DNA of 64,000 bases from an uncultured Gammaproteobacteria bacterium (GCA_964566925.1 CAZMIZ010000005.1:184-64183); one strand, 5' to 3'. Positions 8,973 to 17,425 are shown, numbered from the stretch's first letter. Notes: generated by a model from the letters alone, not told the origin. Numbers and translations are program-made.

Positions 8973-9645
8973 CCTTGGCTAGGTCAACGTAAATTAGATA
9001 GCCGACAACCATCCAAAGGGGAGAAAGAAAGAAGTTGACCAGGGAGCCGATAAAACTAAGCTTAACCAAAATTGATGCAAGGAGAATAGAAATGAGAAAG
9101 ATTAAGGCTAGCCTGCCTAGGACTCCCCAAAAATGACCTTCCACTAGCTGCTTACTTCTTTTTAAGGCTTGAACCGCCCCTGCTTTTTCAATGACGACGA
9201 CATAAGGGATAAAGAAGAACCAAACAGCCAGAATTATTCCAGGAATAATTAAGAGAATAAATCCAAGGATGATCAAAAAAGTTGAGAAGAGAGTAGCTAA
9301 GAAATAGGCTGGCCATTTCTTCCAGGCCAGCTGAAGTATCTTCTTAATAGAGAGAGGCTTTCCTTTTCCAGCCTGGTAAACCGCTTGATAGACTAGGGTT
9401 TGGGACCAAGAGCCAATGATTATCGAGAGAATGATGGAAACTAGGAAGAAAATGATCGCCAAGAAAATCATAAGGGCTTTTTGTTTGGCGAAGATGGCCC
9501 CTGCAGCAGCTGCGGCTGGGGGAATGAAGCCTAGAATAAGAGGAATAATTAAGGCAACGCTTATCAGAAGAGCTTTAGTTAGAAAAACCCAATTGTCTGC
9601 GTAAATCTGGAGGCTGTCTTTGATTAAATTATTGACTGATCGCAT
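8959..9645 (-). CDS. Integral membrane protein (GDPD-membrane-domain/YciC-like)
   Basis: Multiple TM helices; LLIIPGIILAVWFFF...ALKRSKQLVEGHFW signature. Confidence 0.8.
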   Translation of the reverse strand: MRSVNNLIKDSLQIYADNWVFLTKALLISVALIIPLILGFIPPAAAAAGAIFAKQKALMIFLAIIFFLVSIILSIIIGSWSQTLVYQAVYQAGKGKPLSIKKILQLAWKKWPAYFLATLFSTFLIILGFILLIIPGIILAVWFFFIPYVVVIEKAGAVQALKRSKQLVEGHFWGVLGRLALIFLISILLASILVKLSFIGSLVNFFLSPLWMVVGYLIYVDLAKAKSA

Positions 9646-9685
9646 AGTTTAAGTATGACAGATAAATCTGACGGCGTCAACTTGG

Positions 9686-9754
9686 CCCGCCTGAACTTAC
9701 TTTTCGCCTTTTGGGTTCTATTCGAACACGGCTCAAAGAGCGTTTTCCGGCGGG
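9686..9754 (-). repeat. Copy A of a dispersed ~50-bp repeat inside a short inverted-repeat stem
   Basis: Core CTTACTTTTCGCCTTTTGGGTTCTATTCGAACACGGCTCAAAGAGCG is the near reverse complement of 44230-44275; flanked by CCCGCC/GGCGGG. Confidence 0.85.
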
Positions 9755-11034
9755 TTTGCGCCCTGTATCGAACTTTGTTCTGGTTCAGGGCTTGACAAAA
9801 AATGTCTTTTAGGCTAAAAAAAGACTACTTCTGCCCATTTTCCCTGCCTAAAATTGAGTCATTTTTCGATTCCTGCCTGGAGAGGAGTAAGAAATGCTTT
9901 TATGGGGAGCTTTTACCTTAGGTTTTTGTGTTGGCTCCATTCTTTTTTTTCATATCTTTGGCCAGGAGTATGAATAGTGGAAATTTTATAGGATTGTAAG
10001 ATCTTTAAATAATTAAGACCTGTAGTATTTAACTTATTAAATTCTTCAAGCTTAAGACAAGGCTCTCGTTTTTCTCAACTTTCACTAGTTTTAGAGAATG
10101 TTTGTCTTAGAATATTGTTCCGAGAATATCGGATTAAAGATAAAGATTTAAAAAAATCAGCCAAAATTATAGAAAACCAAAAACTAGATATTTTAATTTA
10201 TCTTAAATCATTTTTTGATATAGATTGAATAGGTGATTTTGGTCAAATTTTATAAAACTTAAATTTTATTTTTATAGGATAACAACTTTGAGTTAATTTT
10301 AGTCGACGAAATTTTCTTAATTTTTCGAAAGAGGAAAAAATAGACTATCAATTTAGGTCAAAAAGAGAATTAATATCTCAAAAAATAAAATAATAGAGCA
10401 ATAAGATTTTTAACCAAAAAAATGGACAAATTTAGTCAGTTTATTTTTTTTATTAAAATTAACAATTTTCTAGAATTTAATCCCCTTAATTGTTACTAGA
10501 AGATCTTTTATTTTCTAAATACTAAAATAAGTTGCCGGATTAAAAAAATTGATCTAAAAAAGTCCATTTTCGCCAAAGAGAGAATAGACCAGGAAATTTT
10601 ATTAATGGGGGCCTATTTTTGAAGAGTTTAATTGTTCATAATTCATTTTTTTATGGAAATATTTAGTTTTTCGTAGGTCAATTAAAGTGGCAATTTTTTT
10701 CAAAAAACAGCCCAAATCGTTTTCAATAAGCTTTTTTTGCTGAAATTTTTAGTATCCTCAGTCGTTAGTTTTTTGATCTTCTGACAGCCAATTTTTAGCT
10801 CTTTTTCGGACTAAACAGTTGAAATTATAGGACTTTTAAATAAAAGAAAAAAGAGATTAAAAAAAGAAAATAGGAAAGGGGTTTTTATTTTTGAAGAGTT
10901 TTCGATTTGGTTGATATCTAGACATTTTCATTCCCTCCGAAGTGCCCTAAAAGCCCGCTAAAAAGCCCCAAAATCGATTAAATTTTGTTTTGGGAGCACT
11001 AAAAAACTGATCTAAATTTGGCTGAAATTGCCTC

Positions 11035-11065
11035 TTGACAGAGAGTACCCGAATGATGGTAACAT
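11035..11065 (+). promoter_or_regulatory. Promoter of giant gene 1 with 19-bp spacer
   Basis: TTGACA (11035-11040), 19 nt, TAACAT (11060-11065) with TGn extension; SD GGAGG before GTG 11120. Confidence 0.65.
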
Positions 11066-11119
11066 AAAAATAAACCTATAAGTATCTAATTATAAACAAG
11101 CCTTGGAGGGGAGAGGTTT

Positions 11120-14100
11120 GTGGCTAAAAACCTGCCCAGAGCGAAAAAACTTTCAATTCTCCTTTCTTTTATTTGGAAAAACCCTTCTTTTGGTTTAGAC
11201 CGGATTTCAATTGAACTTTCAATTGAACTTTCTGATAAAAAGGGCAGAAAAGTCTTTTCAAGAAGCGGAATTCAGAAAGCTTTAACCAGGCTCGGGTTAA
11301 ATACGACTAAAAAGAGGCGAGCTTGGGCAAGAGGGATAACTACCGCCGAAGCCGCAAAGAAGTTTGCTGAGCTGGTGGCAACCAAGTTTTCAGGGAGATT
11401 GACGCCTGAAAAGCGGTTAGAGATGATCAGGCTGGTTGAACAAAAAGAAATGACCGCTAGCCGGGCTGCTCAGGCCTGTGGAGTTTCCCGAAAAAGTTTC
11501 TATAAATGGCAAAAGCGCTATTTGGCTTCAGCTCCAGGTAGGGAATATCAAGCAGTTTGTGATCAAAAACCGGCTATTGAAAAACGCTGGAATCAATTAA
11601 CGAATAAGCAGGAAGAGGCCATTCTTAAAATCGTTCGGGAGCATCCAGATTATTCCACCCATAAAGTTGCGCAAATATTGGCAGATATCGGCAATCACGG
11701 AGTTCAGAACGCTTTTGAGAGGTTAAATCTTAATACCTACGAAAAACGCTTAGCCTATGCTCAAGCCCCTCAACCAGTTATCACTCCTGTTACAAGAGTG
11801 CTGGGTTGGTTTAAGTCACTCCTGGATAGAATTCCAGCTATTTCTCCTCTTCCTCCTCCAATCAAACAAAAAATTGCCACTTTAACTCATCCTTTTGCTT
11901 TTAGCCTCTTTTTTTCAATTGTTTTCTCCACTTTTTTTCTTTTTTGGTTTGATCTCATCATTCGGGCGCCCACTCTGAGTGCTAAACTTGGCTTTATTTT
12001 TGCTTCAGCTTCATTATTGGTTGGCGGGTTTTTCTTTATCTACTCAATGAAATACTACCTGACTCTAGCGATTGTTCTTTCTTTTTCTCGCCAAACCCAA
12101 GAAGAAAGGGGAGGCTACACCTTTAGCCTGAAAGGGAGAATGAATGGCCCCACTTCGCCAGGGGCTACGCGGGGTAACGGCAATAGTGGATGGTTGTTAA
12201 GAATCTTTGGTTTAGGAAACGGGAATGGCCCTGAAGAAAAGGGAAAGATAGTTCAGGCTGGTGGTCTTCAGCCTTCTTTAGATCACATTAAACTGAAGCG
12301 GTATCCTTTTGTTTCAATTCATCTGCCCTTCTTTAATGAAAAGAAGGTGGCGGAGAGGATTCTTAAAGCCTGTACGGCCATGGATTATCCCAGAGAGAGT
12401 TACGAAATTATTGTTTGTGATGATTCCAATGATGAGACTATTAATATTGTGCAAAGGTACGTAAAGAAGCACAACCAAACTCACCCCAAAGGGCCGAAGA
12501 TTAAGGTTCTTCATCGGCCCACCAGAGAGGGTTTTAAAGGTGGCGCCCTTTCTTATGCTTTGAAGAGCATGGATAAAAAGACGGAGTTCTGTGTGGTCTT
12601 TGATGCTGACTTTATCCCTTACCCAGACACTCTGGAACTGTTTGTCAAGTATTTCAAGGTGAACAATGGTCAGTCTGAGAACTACACCAGGGGCAAGATT
12701 GCCGTGGTGGGAGGTTATCAATGGCATGTTTTAAACAAATCAGAGAACTGGATCACCCGAGGAGTGAGAACGGAGTATGCTGGGAGCTACGTCATTGAAA
12801 GGCCTGGCAGAGAGATCTTGGGATTGCTAAAACAGATCTCTGGCTCAGTCTATATGATTAGAAGTGATGTCATCAAAAAGGTAGGCTGGGGTACGAGTAT
12901 TACTGAAGACTTCCAGTTAACCCTCAAGCTCTATGAGCAGGGCTACAAGGTGATCTACACCCCCTATGTTCAAGCCCCAGCCGAATGTGTTTCTACCCTG
13001 AAAAGGCTTATTAGACAACGGATGAGATGGGCCGAGGGACACAGCAACAATATTAGGAGGATGTTTTTACGACTCCTGGTTTCTCCTAAGTTGACTCTCA
13101 CAGAGAAACTAGAGCTTTTTTATCTTTCCCCTTACTATCTCCAGGCCGCCTTCTTCTTAGTCGGTACTTCCTGCTGGCTTTTAGCTGAGGCTGTTTTTAG
13201 GGTTAAGTTGCCTTTTTGGACCTCTCTTTGGGGCTGGTCTTTGGTTTTAACTAACTTTTTCTGTTTGCCCTTGGTGAATGCCGTGGGTTTGTTCCTAGAA
13301 GAAAGTGAAGAAAGAGACTATCTTGGTTTACTCTCTTTTATTTTTCTCTCCTACGTTCTCGTTCCCTTCCAGGCCTATGCTTCGGTAAAAGGCTTTCTGG
13401 AAAAAGAAGAAGGTCCTTGGTTTCGGACACCCAAGACAGGGAGGATTACCGACATCTTTACCCGGGGAAGATTCTACCGCTGGATTGCCGGAATTCTTCC
13501 AGGGAGAGGAGCTACCCCTGCCTATGCTGAGGCGACAACAGGGAAACAGCCCCCCAACTCTTATCTGGCTTTAGCGACAGCCAACAGTCAGTTTAGCTCT
13601 TTTGAAATCACGCCCAAGAGAAACCGCTTATGGGGTAAATTGGCGCTTTTGTTGGTGGCGGGAATCAGTTCAAGCCTTTCCTATTTTGGTAATCGGATTC
13701 CTCAGGGTGTGATTGCCAACCTGCCTATTCAAGCCAGAGTCGAGGTGGCTGGTTCTCAGCCTAGTTTCATAATAGATCAAGCCATTTTTTCTCAAATCCT
13801 TAGTCTGTTTAAGCCAAAGCAGGCCTTAGCAGTCACCTCTGGACTCAAGGATGCCCTTTTGGCTGGACAGCCAGTTTCCCTGGAGAACTTCAAAGGCTTG
13901 GCGCTTTTCTTAACTCTTTTAAGCTTGAGCCTTTTGGTTTATTTGCTAAAAAGAAAGAGAAGATTTGTTAAAAAACTTTTACGACCGGCTTTTGTGACCA
14001 CTCTTGTCTTAATATGGCTTTTGACCAGCTTTCCCCCTGTTTGGTTTACCCCTCGCTTTCCACCGAAAATTAAAAAAGCTCTGGCCTACGACTATGACGA

Positions 14101-16339
14101 GACTTATAGCTTTGATACTCTGGCGGCCAATGAAAACGATTTTATCTGGGATGGTCCGGACGTAGATGTTTTATCAGTAGAGAACACTGACGGTTCTTGG
14201 TGTTGGACAGATGTTGGCTCAACTTCAAGTAGCACCGGGCCGCCATCAGGAGTGGCCTGTGTTTATACGGAAACCTCATCACCAGTAGCCGTCGATGACG
14301 AGTTTTATATGACTCTTGCCGAGGCGAATGAAGTTAGTGCTACTACCTATGGTATCTATGTGACCTTCGATACCTGTACCTATGGCAATACATCAGCCCA
14401 TTTATATTTTGAAGCCTGGAATGGCTCTGGTTGGCAACCGATAGATGATTGGGCCGGTAATTCAACCACGACCTTTACATCTAGGGGTCCTTATGATTTT
14501 ACGGCATATAGCAATTCAGATTTTAGTATCAGGTTTCGAACTGTGGTAGCTGGGACGACATACACGAACGACATGGCCGTTGATGAGGTTCGAATTTATG
14601 GGGATTCGGCTAATGCTTCTCCGGCCGCCCCGACACTTCATAACGTTCCTTTTCCTAATGAAATGGTCTATGATACTACCCCTAACTTCGAATTTACCGG
14701 TTCGGACCCTGACGGCACGGCGGATATCATTTATCACATTCAAGTAGACGATGATCAGGCGTTTGGCAGCGTGATAGTTGAATGTGAATCAGATACCTCT
14801 TGTGCCACCGGCGATGGTGGTTTTACTAATACGGTGACTGGAGGTGATACTAGCCCGTTTAATGAGGGAGAAAAGATTAGATTTACGCCGACGACGACCC
14901 TTGCTAGTGGGACAACTTACTGGTGGCGAGTCAGGGCCGAGGATGATTCAGGCGGGGGTGGTTCAGGAAATTATGGTGATTGGACAACAGCCATTAGTTT
15001 CACCCCAAACTCTGGCTCTAGTCCTTATTCTGAGTGGTTCCAGACCACCGATGAACAGTTTGCTACTGGAACGCTGTCAGGCACAACGATAAGTGGATCG
15101 GATTCAGTAGAATTAGGCACCGCGATTACGGCCACTGGTGGGACAACCAGCGAATCAGGCGGTTACAAATTCCATACTTTTACCAGTAGTGGAACGTTTG
15201 AAGTGACGGCCGGATCAGGCGATGTTGAGGTGCTGGTGGTTGGTGGTGGCGCAGGAGGGGGGACCGGGGGAACCGCTAGCCGAGGTGGAGGAGGTGCTGG
15301 TGGGATTGTCTATGATTCAGCTTATGCTGTCGTAGTAGATACTTATACCGTGACAGTAGGCGTGGGGAGTGCCGGAGCGTCAGGCACCTCAACGGCGTCA
15401 GATAATGGAGGAGATTCAGTATTTGATGATTTGACTGCATTAGGTGGAGGAGGAGCAGGAATACATTTAGGCGTAGGAAAGGATGGTGGTTCTGGTGGTG
15501 GTGGTAGTGGTTGGTCCAGTACTGCGGGCGGTTCAGGTCTCCAGCCGGGATCAGCATCTGGGGGTTATGGTAATGATGGTGGGACTGCTAATAGCAATAG
15601 CGCTGCTCCTGGTGGTTCTGGTGGGGGAGGTGGAGCAGGGGCTACTGGTAGTAATGGTGCAGATGGCACAGGCGTGGGGGGCGCCGGAGGAGCCGGATTA
15701 GAGTTTTCTCAATTTAGCAGTGTCGGTGGTTCACCGGCTGGCTGGTTCGGTGGCGGTGGCGGTGGCGGAGCAGCCTCTGGAGGAACAGCTGGATCTGGTG
15801 GACAGGGAGGTGGAGGGGCTGGAGGAGCTGGAACAACTGGCAGTAATGGTGTAGCTAATACCGGTGGGGGTGGTGGTGGTTCAACAAGCACTGGTGGGTC
15901 TGGGGGTTCGGGAATTGTTATTATTAGATATCCTACTTCTGGTGGTTCTTCGGGTACTATCCAGTCAACTCAAATTGACTTTGGTTGGTTTAGTGGTTCA
16001 CCCTCGGATTGGAACGAAGTATATGTGGGGGTAACAACGACCAACGGCAGTATCACCATCGATATCCTGGATGAAAACGAATCTGATACTGGTTTAGGCT
16101 GCACTATTAGCGGTGGGAGTAGTTCTTGTACGGTTGATATTTCGAGTTTAGATCCTGCGGGGGATGAGACCCAAATTTACATTTTGGCGACGCTTAATGA
16201 TGTGAGCGGGACACCCTATCTTAATGACTGGTTAGTGTCTGTTCCGGAAAATTTATGGCTATTTTTCGGCTTAGGCCTTTTTTTACCAGGCTTTATTAGA
16301 CGGAGAAAAAGGAAATTATTAGAAAGATTAATTAAGTAA
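11120..16339 (+). CDS. Giant fusion protein 1: IS481-like HTH domains + processive GT2 (cellulose-synthase-like) + TM helices + extracellular beta/FN3-like/Gly-rich passenger + VPE-TM-basic sorting signal
   Basis: HTH ASRAAQACGVSRKSFYKWQKRY; GT2 motifs CDDS, FKGGAL, DAD, TED, QRMRW, FRTPK; FN3-like YWWRVRAED; Gly-rich HTFTSSGTF...GSGIVIIRY; C-terminus VPENLWLFFGLGLFLPGFIRRRKRK. Confidence 0.88.
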   Translation: MAKNLPRAKKLSILLSFIWKNPSFGLDRISIELSIELSDKKGRKVFSRSGIQKALTRLGLNTTKKRRAWARGITTAEAAKKFAELVATKFSGRLTPEKRLEMIRLVEQKEMTASRAAQACGVSRKSFYKWQKRYLASAPGREYQAVCDQKPAIEKRWNQLTNKQEEAILKIVREHPDYSTHKVAQILADIGNHGVQNAFERLNLNTYEKRLAYAQAPQPVITPVTRVLGWFKSLLDRIPAISPLPPPIKQKIATLTHPFAFSLFFSIVFSTFFLFWFDLIIRAPTLSAKLGFIFASASLLVGGFFFIYSMKYYLTLAIVLSFSRQTQEERGGYTFSLKGRMNGPTSPGATRGNGNSGWLLRIFGLGNGNGPEEKGKIVQAGGLQPSLDHIKLKRYPFVSIHLPFFNEKKVAERILKACTAMDYPRESYEIIVCDDSNDETINIVQRYVKKHNQTHPKGPKIKVLHRPTREGFKGGALSYALKSMDKKTEFCVVFDADFIPYPDTLELFVKYFKVNNGQSENYTRGKIAVVGGYQWHVLNKSENWITRGVRTEYAGSYVIERPGREILGLLKQISGSVYMIRSDVIKKVGWGTSITEDFQLTLKLYEQGYKVIYTPYVQAPAECVSTLKRLIRQRMRWAEGHSNNIRRMFLRLLVSPKLTLTEKLELFYLSPYYLQAAFFLVGTSCWLLAEAVFRVKLPFWTSLWGWSLVLTNFFCLPLVNAVGLFLEESEERDYLGLLSFIFLSYVLVPFQAYASVKGFLEKEEGPWFRTPKTGRITDIFTRGRFYRWIAGILPGRGATPAYAEATTGKQPPNSYLALATANSQFSSFEITPKRNRLWGKLALLLVAGISSSLSYFGNRIPQGVIANLPIQARVEVAGSQPSFIIDQAIFSQILSLFKPKQALAVTSGLKDALLAGQPVSLENFKGLALFLTLLSLSLLVYLLKRKRRFVKKLLRPAFVTTLVLIWLLTSFPPVWFTPRFPPKIKKALAYDYDETYSFDTLAANENDFIWDGPDVDVLSVENTDGSWCWTDVGSTSSSTGPPSGVACVYTETSSPVAVDDEFYMTLAEANEVSATTYGIYVTFDTCTYGNTSAHLYFEAWNGSGWQPIDDWAGNSTTTFTSRGPYDFTAYSNSDFSIRFRTVVAGTTYTNDMAVDEVRIYGDSANASPAAPTLHNVPFPNEMVYDTTPNFEFTGSDPDGTADIIYHIQVDDDQAFGSVIVECESDTSCATGDGGFTNTVTGGDTSPFNEGEKIRFTPTTTLASGTTYWWRVRAEDDSGGGGSGNYGDWTTAISFTPNSGSSPYSEWFQTTDEQFATGTLSGTTISGSDSVELGTAITATGGTTSESGGYKFHTFTSSGTFEVTAGSGDVEVLVVGGGAGGGTGGTASRGGGGAGGIVYDSAYAVVVDTYTVTVGVGSAGASGTSTASDNGGDSVFDDLTALGGGGAGIHLGVGKDGGSGGGGSGWSSTAGGSGLQPGSASGGYGNDGGTANSNSAAPGGSGGGGGAGATGSNGADGTGVGGAGGAGLEFSQFSSVGGSPAGWFGGGGGGGAASGGTAGSGGQGGGGAGGAGTTGSNGVANTGGGGGGSTSTGGSGGSGIVIIRYPTSGGSSGTIQSTQIDFGWFSGSPSDWNEVYVGVTTTNGSITIDILDENESDTGLGCTISGGSSSCTVDISSLDPAGDETQIYILATLNDVSGTPYLNDWLVSVPENLWLFFGLGLFLPGFIRRRKRKLLERLIK
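12317..13071 (+). repeat. 755-bp direct repeat, copy 1 (identical by eye to 20509-21263)
   Basis: Line-by-line comparison found no mismatch; synonymous differences resume on both sides. Confidence 0.9.
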
Positions 16340-16347
16340 TACGTTTC

Positions 16348-16959
16348 ATGGAGTCTATGGGAAGCTATAAAAAGAAGAAAGCCGACCGTGTCGGCCAAAA
16401 GCTTACTTTTAAATTGCTATTGGTGGGATTAAGCCTGATCTTAATGGCTTTGCCTCTGGTGGCGGCTGGTAGCTCTTTCTTAACTGATTTTTTAAACCAC
16501 GCCAACTGGTATCAACCAATCCAAAAATATATAGTTCCTTTTGAAGCCAAGTTAGTCGCCGCGGCTATCTATCCTCTAGGGATTAAAAGCAGAGTTAGTC
16601 CCAGTCAAACCACAGTTGCTTTTTATATGATCAAAGAAGATTCAGTGGTCCCGGTCGATTTGGCTTGGAATTGTTTGGGCTGGCAAAGCATGCTTTTGTT
16701 AATCGTTTCCTTAATAGCCGGATTAAGAGGTAATTTTACCAATATTTCAAGGCTGGAATGTATTGTCTTTGGTTTTTTTGGCACCCTTTTAATTAATGTT
16801 TTCCGGATGAGCCTGGTAGCGGCTGGAATTTATTATATCAACACCTTCTTTGCTATGATTGTCCATGATTATCTAATGGCTTTAATGGCCATTGCCTGGC
16901 TGATTTTCTTCTGGTGGTTTAGCTATGCCTTTATTCTGGAGGAGAAAGTAGATAGTTAG
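16348..16959 (+). CDS. Exosortase/archaeosortase family protein
   Basis: Multi-TM protein with the Cys-Arg-His triad in family context: VDLAWNCLGWQS, INVFRM, IVHDY. Confidence 0.88.
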   Translation: MESMGSYKKKKADRVGQKLTFKLLLVGLSLILMALPLVAAGSSFLTDFLNHANWYQPIQKYIVPFEAKLVAAAIYPLGIKSRVSPSQTTVAFYMIKEDSVVPVDLAWNCLGWQSMLLLIVSLIAGLRGNFTNISRLECIVFGFFGTLLINVFRMSLVAAGIYYINTFFAMIVHDYLMALMAIAWLIFFWWFSYAFILEEKVDS

Positions 16960-16991
16960 GCAATAGGCAGTAGGCAGTAGATTGTAGTAGG
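16957..16991 (+). repeat. Degenerate heptamer array (TAGGCAR) upstream of the four-helix-bundle gene
   Basis: TAGGCAA TAGGCAG TAGGCAG TAGATTG TAGTAGG; complementary to the downstream array. Confidence 0.8.
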
Positions 16992-16999
16992 ATAAAGTT

Positions 17000-17368
17000 A
17001 TGAAGATTAAGACTTATAAAGATCTAACTGTTTGGCAGAAGTCTTTTAAGTTAGCTCTTGAGGTTTATAAAGTTACCAAAAAATTTCCTAGATCAGAGCT
17101 TTACGGCCTGACTTCTCAAATAAGAAGGGCCGCTTTTTCTATTCCGTCTAACATTGCCGAAGGATATGCCCGTCATCGTTTAGCCGAATATATTCAGTTT
17201 TTAAGAATTGCCTTTGCTTCAGGTGCCGAACTTGAAACACAGTTGTTAATTGCTAAAGAAACAAACTTATTGAGGGGTAAAGATTTTCAACGACTAAACA
17301 GCCTTTTAAGTGAAGTCATGAAGATGCTTAACGTGTTAATGAAAAAACTAAAAGAGGCAAAACATTAA
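17000..17368 (+). CDS. Four helix bundle protein (23S rRNA intervening-sequence protein family)
   Basis: YKDLTVWQKS, FPRSELYGLTSQIRRAAFSIPSNIAEG and FLRIAFASGAELETQL. Confidence 0.93.
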   Translation: MKIKTYKDLTVWQKSFKLALEVYKVTKKFPRSELYGLTSQIRRAAFSIPSNIAEGYARHRLAEYIQFLRIAFASGAELETQLLIAKETNLLRGKDFQRLNSLLSEVMKMLNVLMKKLKEAKH

Positions 17369-17425
17369 TGCCTAATCACTATTGCCTAATTAACTATTAT
17401 CTAGTGCCTAAATTCTAATGCCTAT
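17366..17425 (+). repeat. Degenerate heptamer array (TAWTGCC) downstream of the four-helix-bundle gene
   Basis: TAATGCC TAATCAC TATTGCC TAATTAAC TATTATC TAGTGCC TAAATTC TAATGCC; inverse of 16957-16991. Confidence 0.8.

Noticed and set aside
9646-11119. Replication origin
   Set aside because: No clustered DnaA boxes, no dnaA/dnaN nearby, and gene orientation stays mostly + on both sides; one DUE-like 13-mer is expected by chance in AT-rich DNA.
11120-11765. Intact IS481/IS3 insertion sequences at the start of the giant genes
   Set aside because: No DDE catalytic domain and no terminal inverted repeats or target duplications seen; the HTHs run in frame into TM and GT2 domains.
12314-12727. 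Duplicated antisense ORF (also 20413-20919)
   Set aside because: A consequence of the identical GT2 block; no independent coding evidence.
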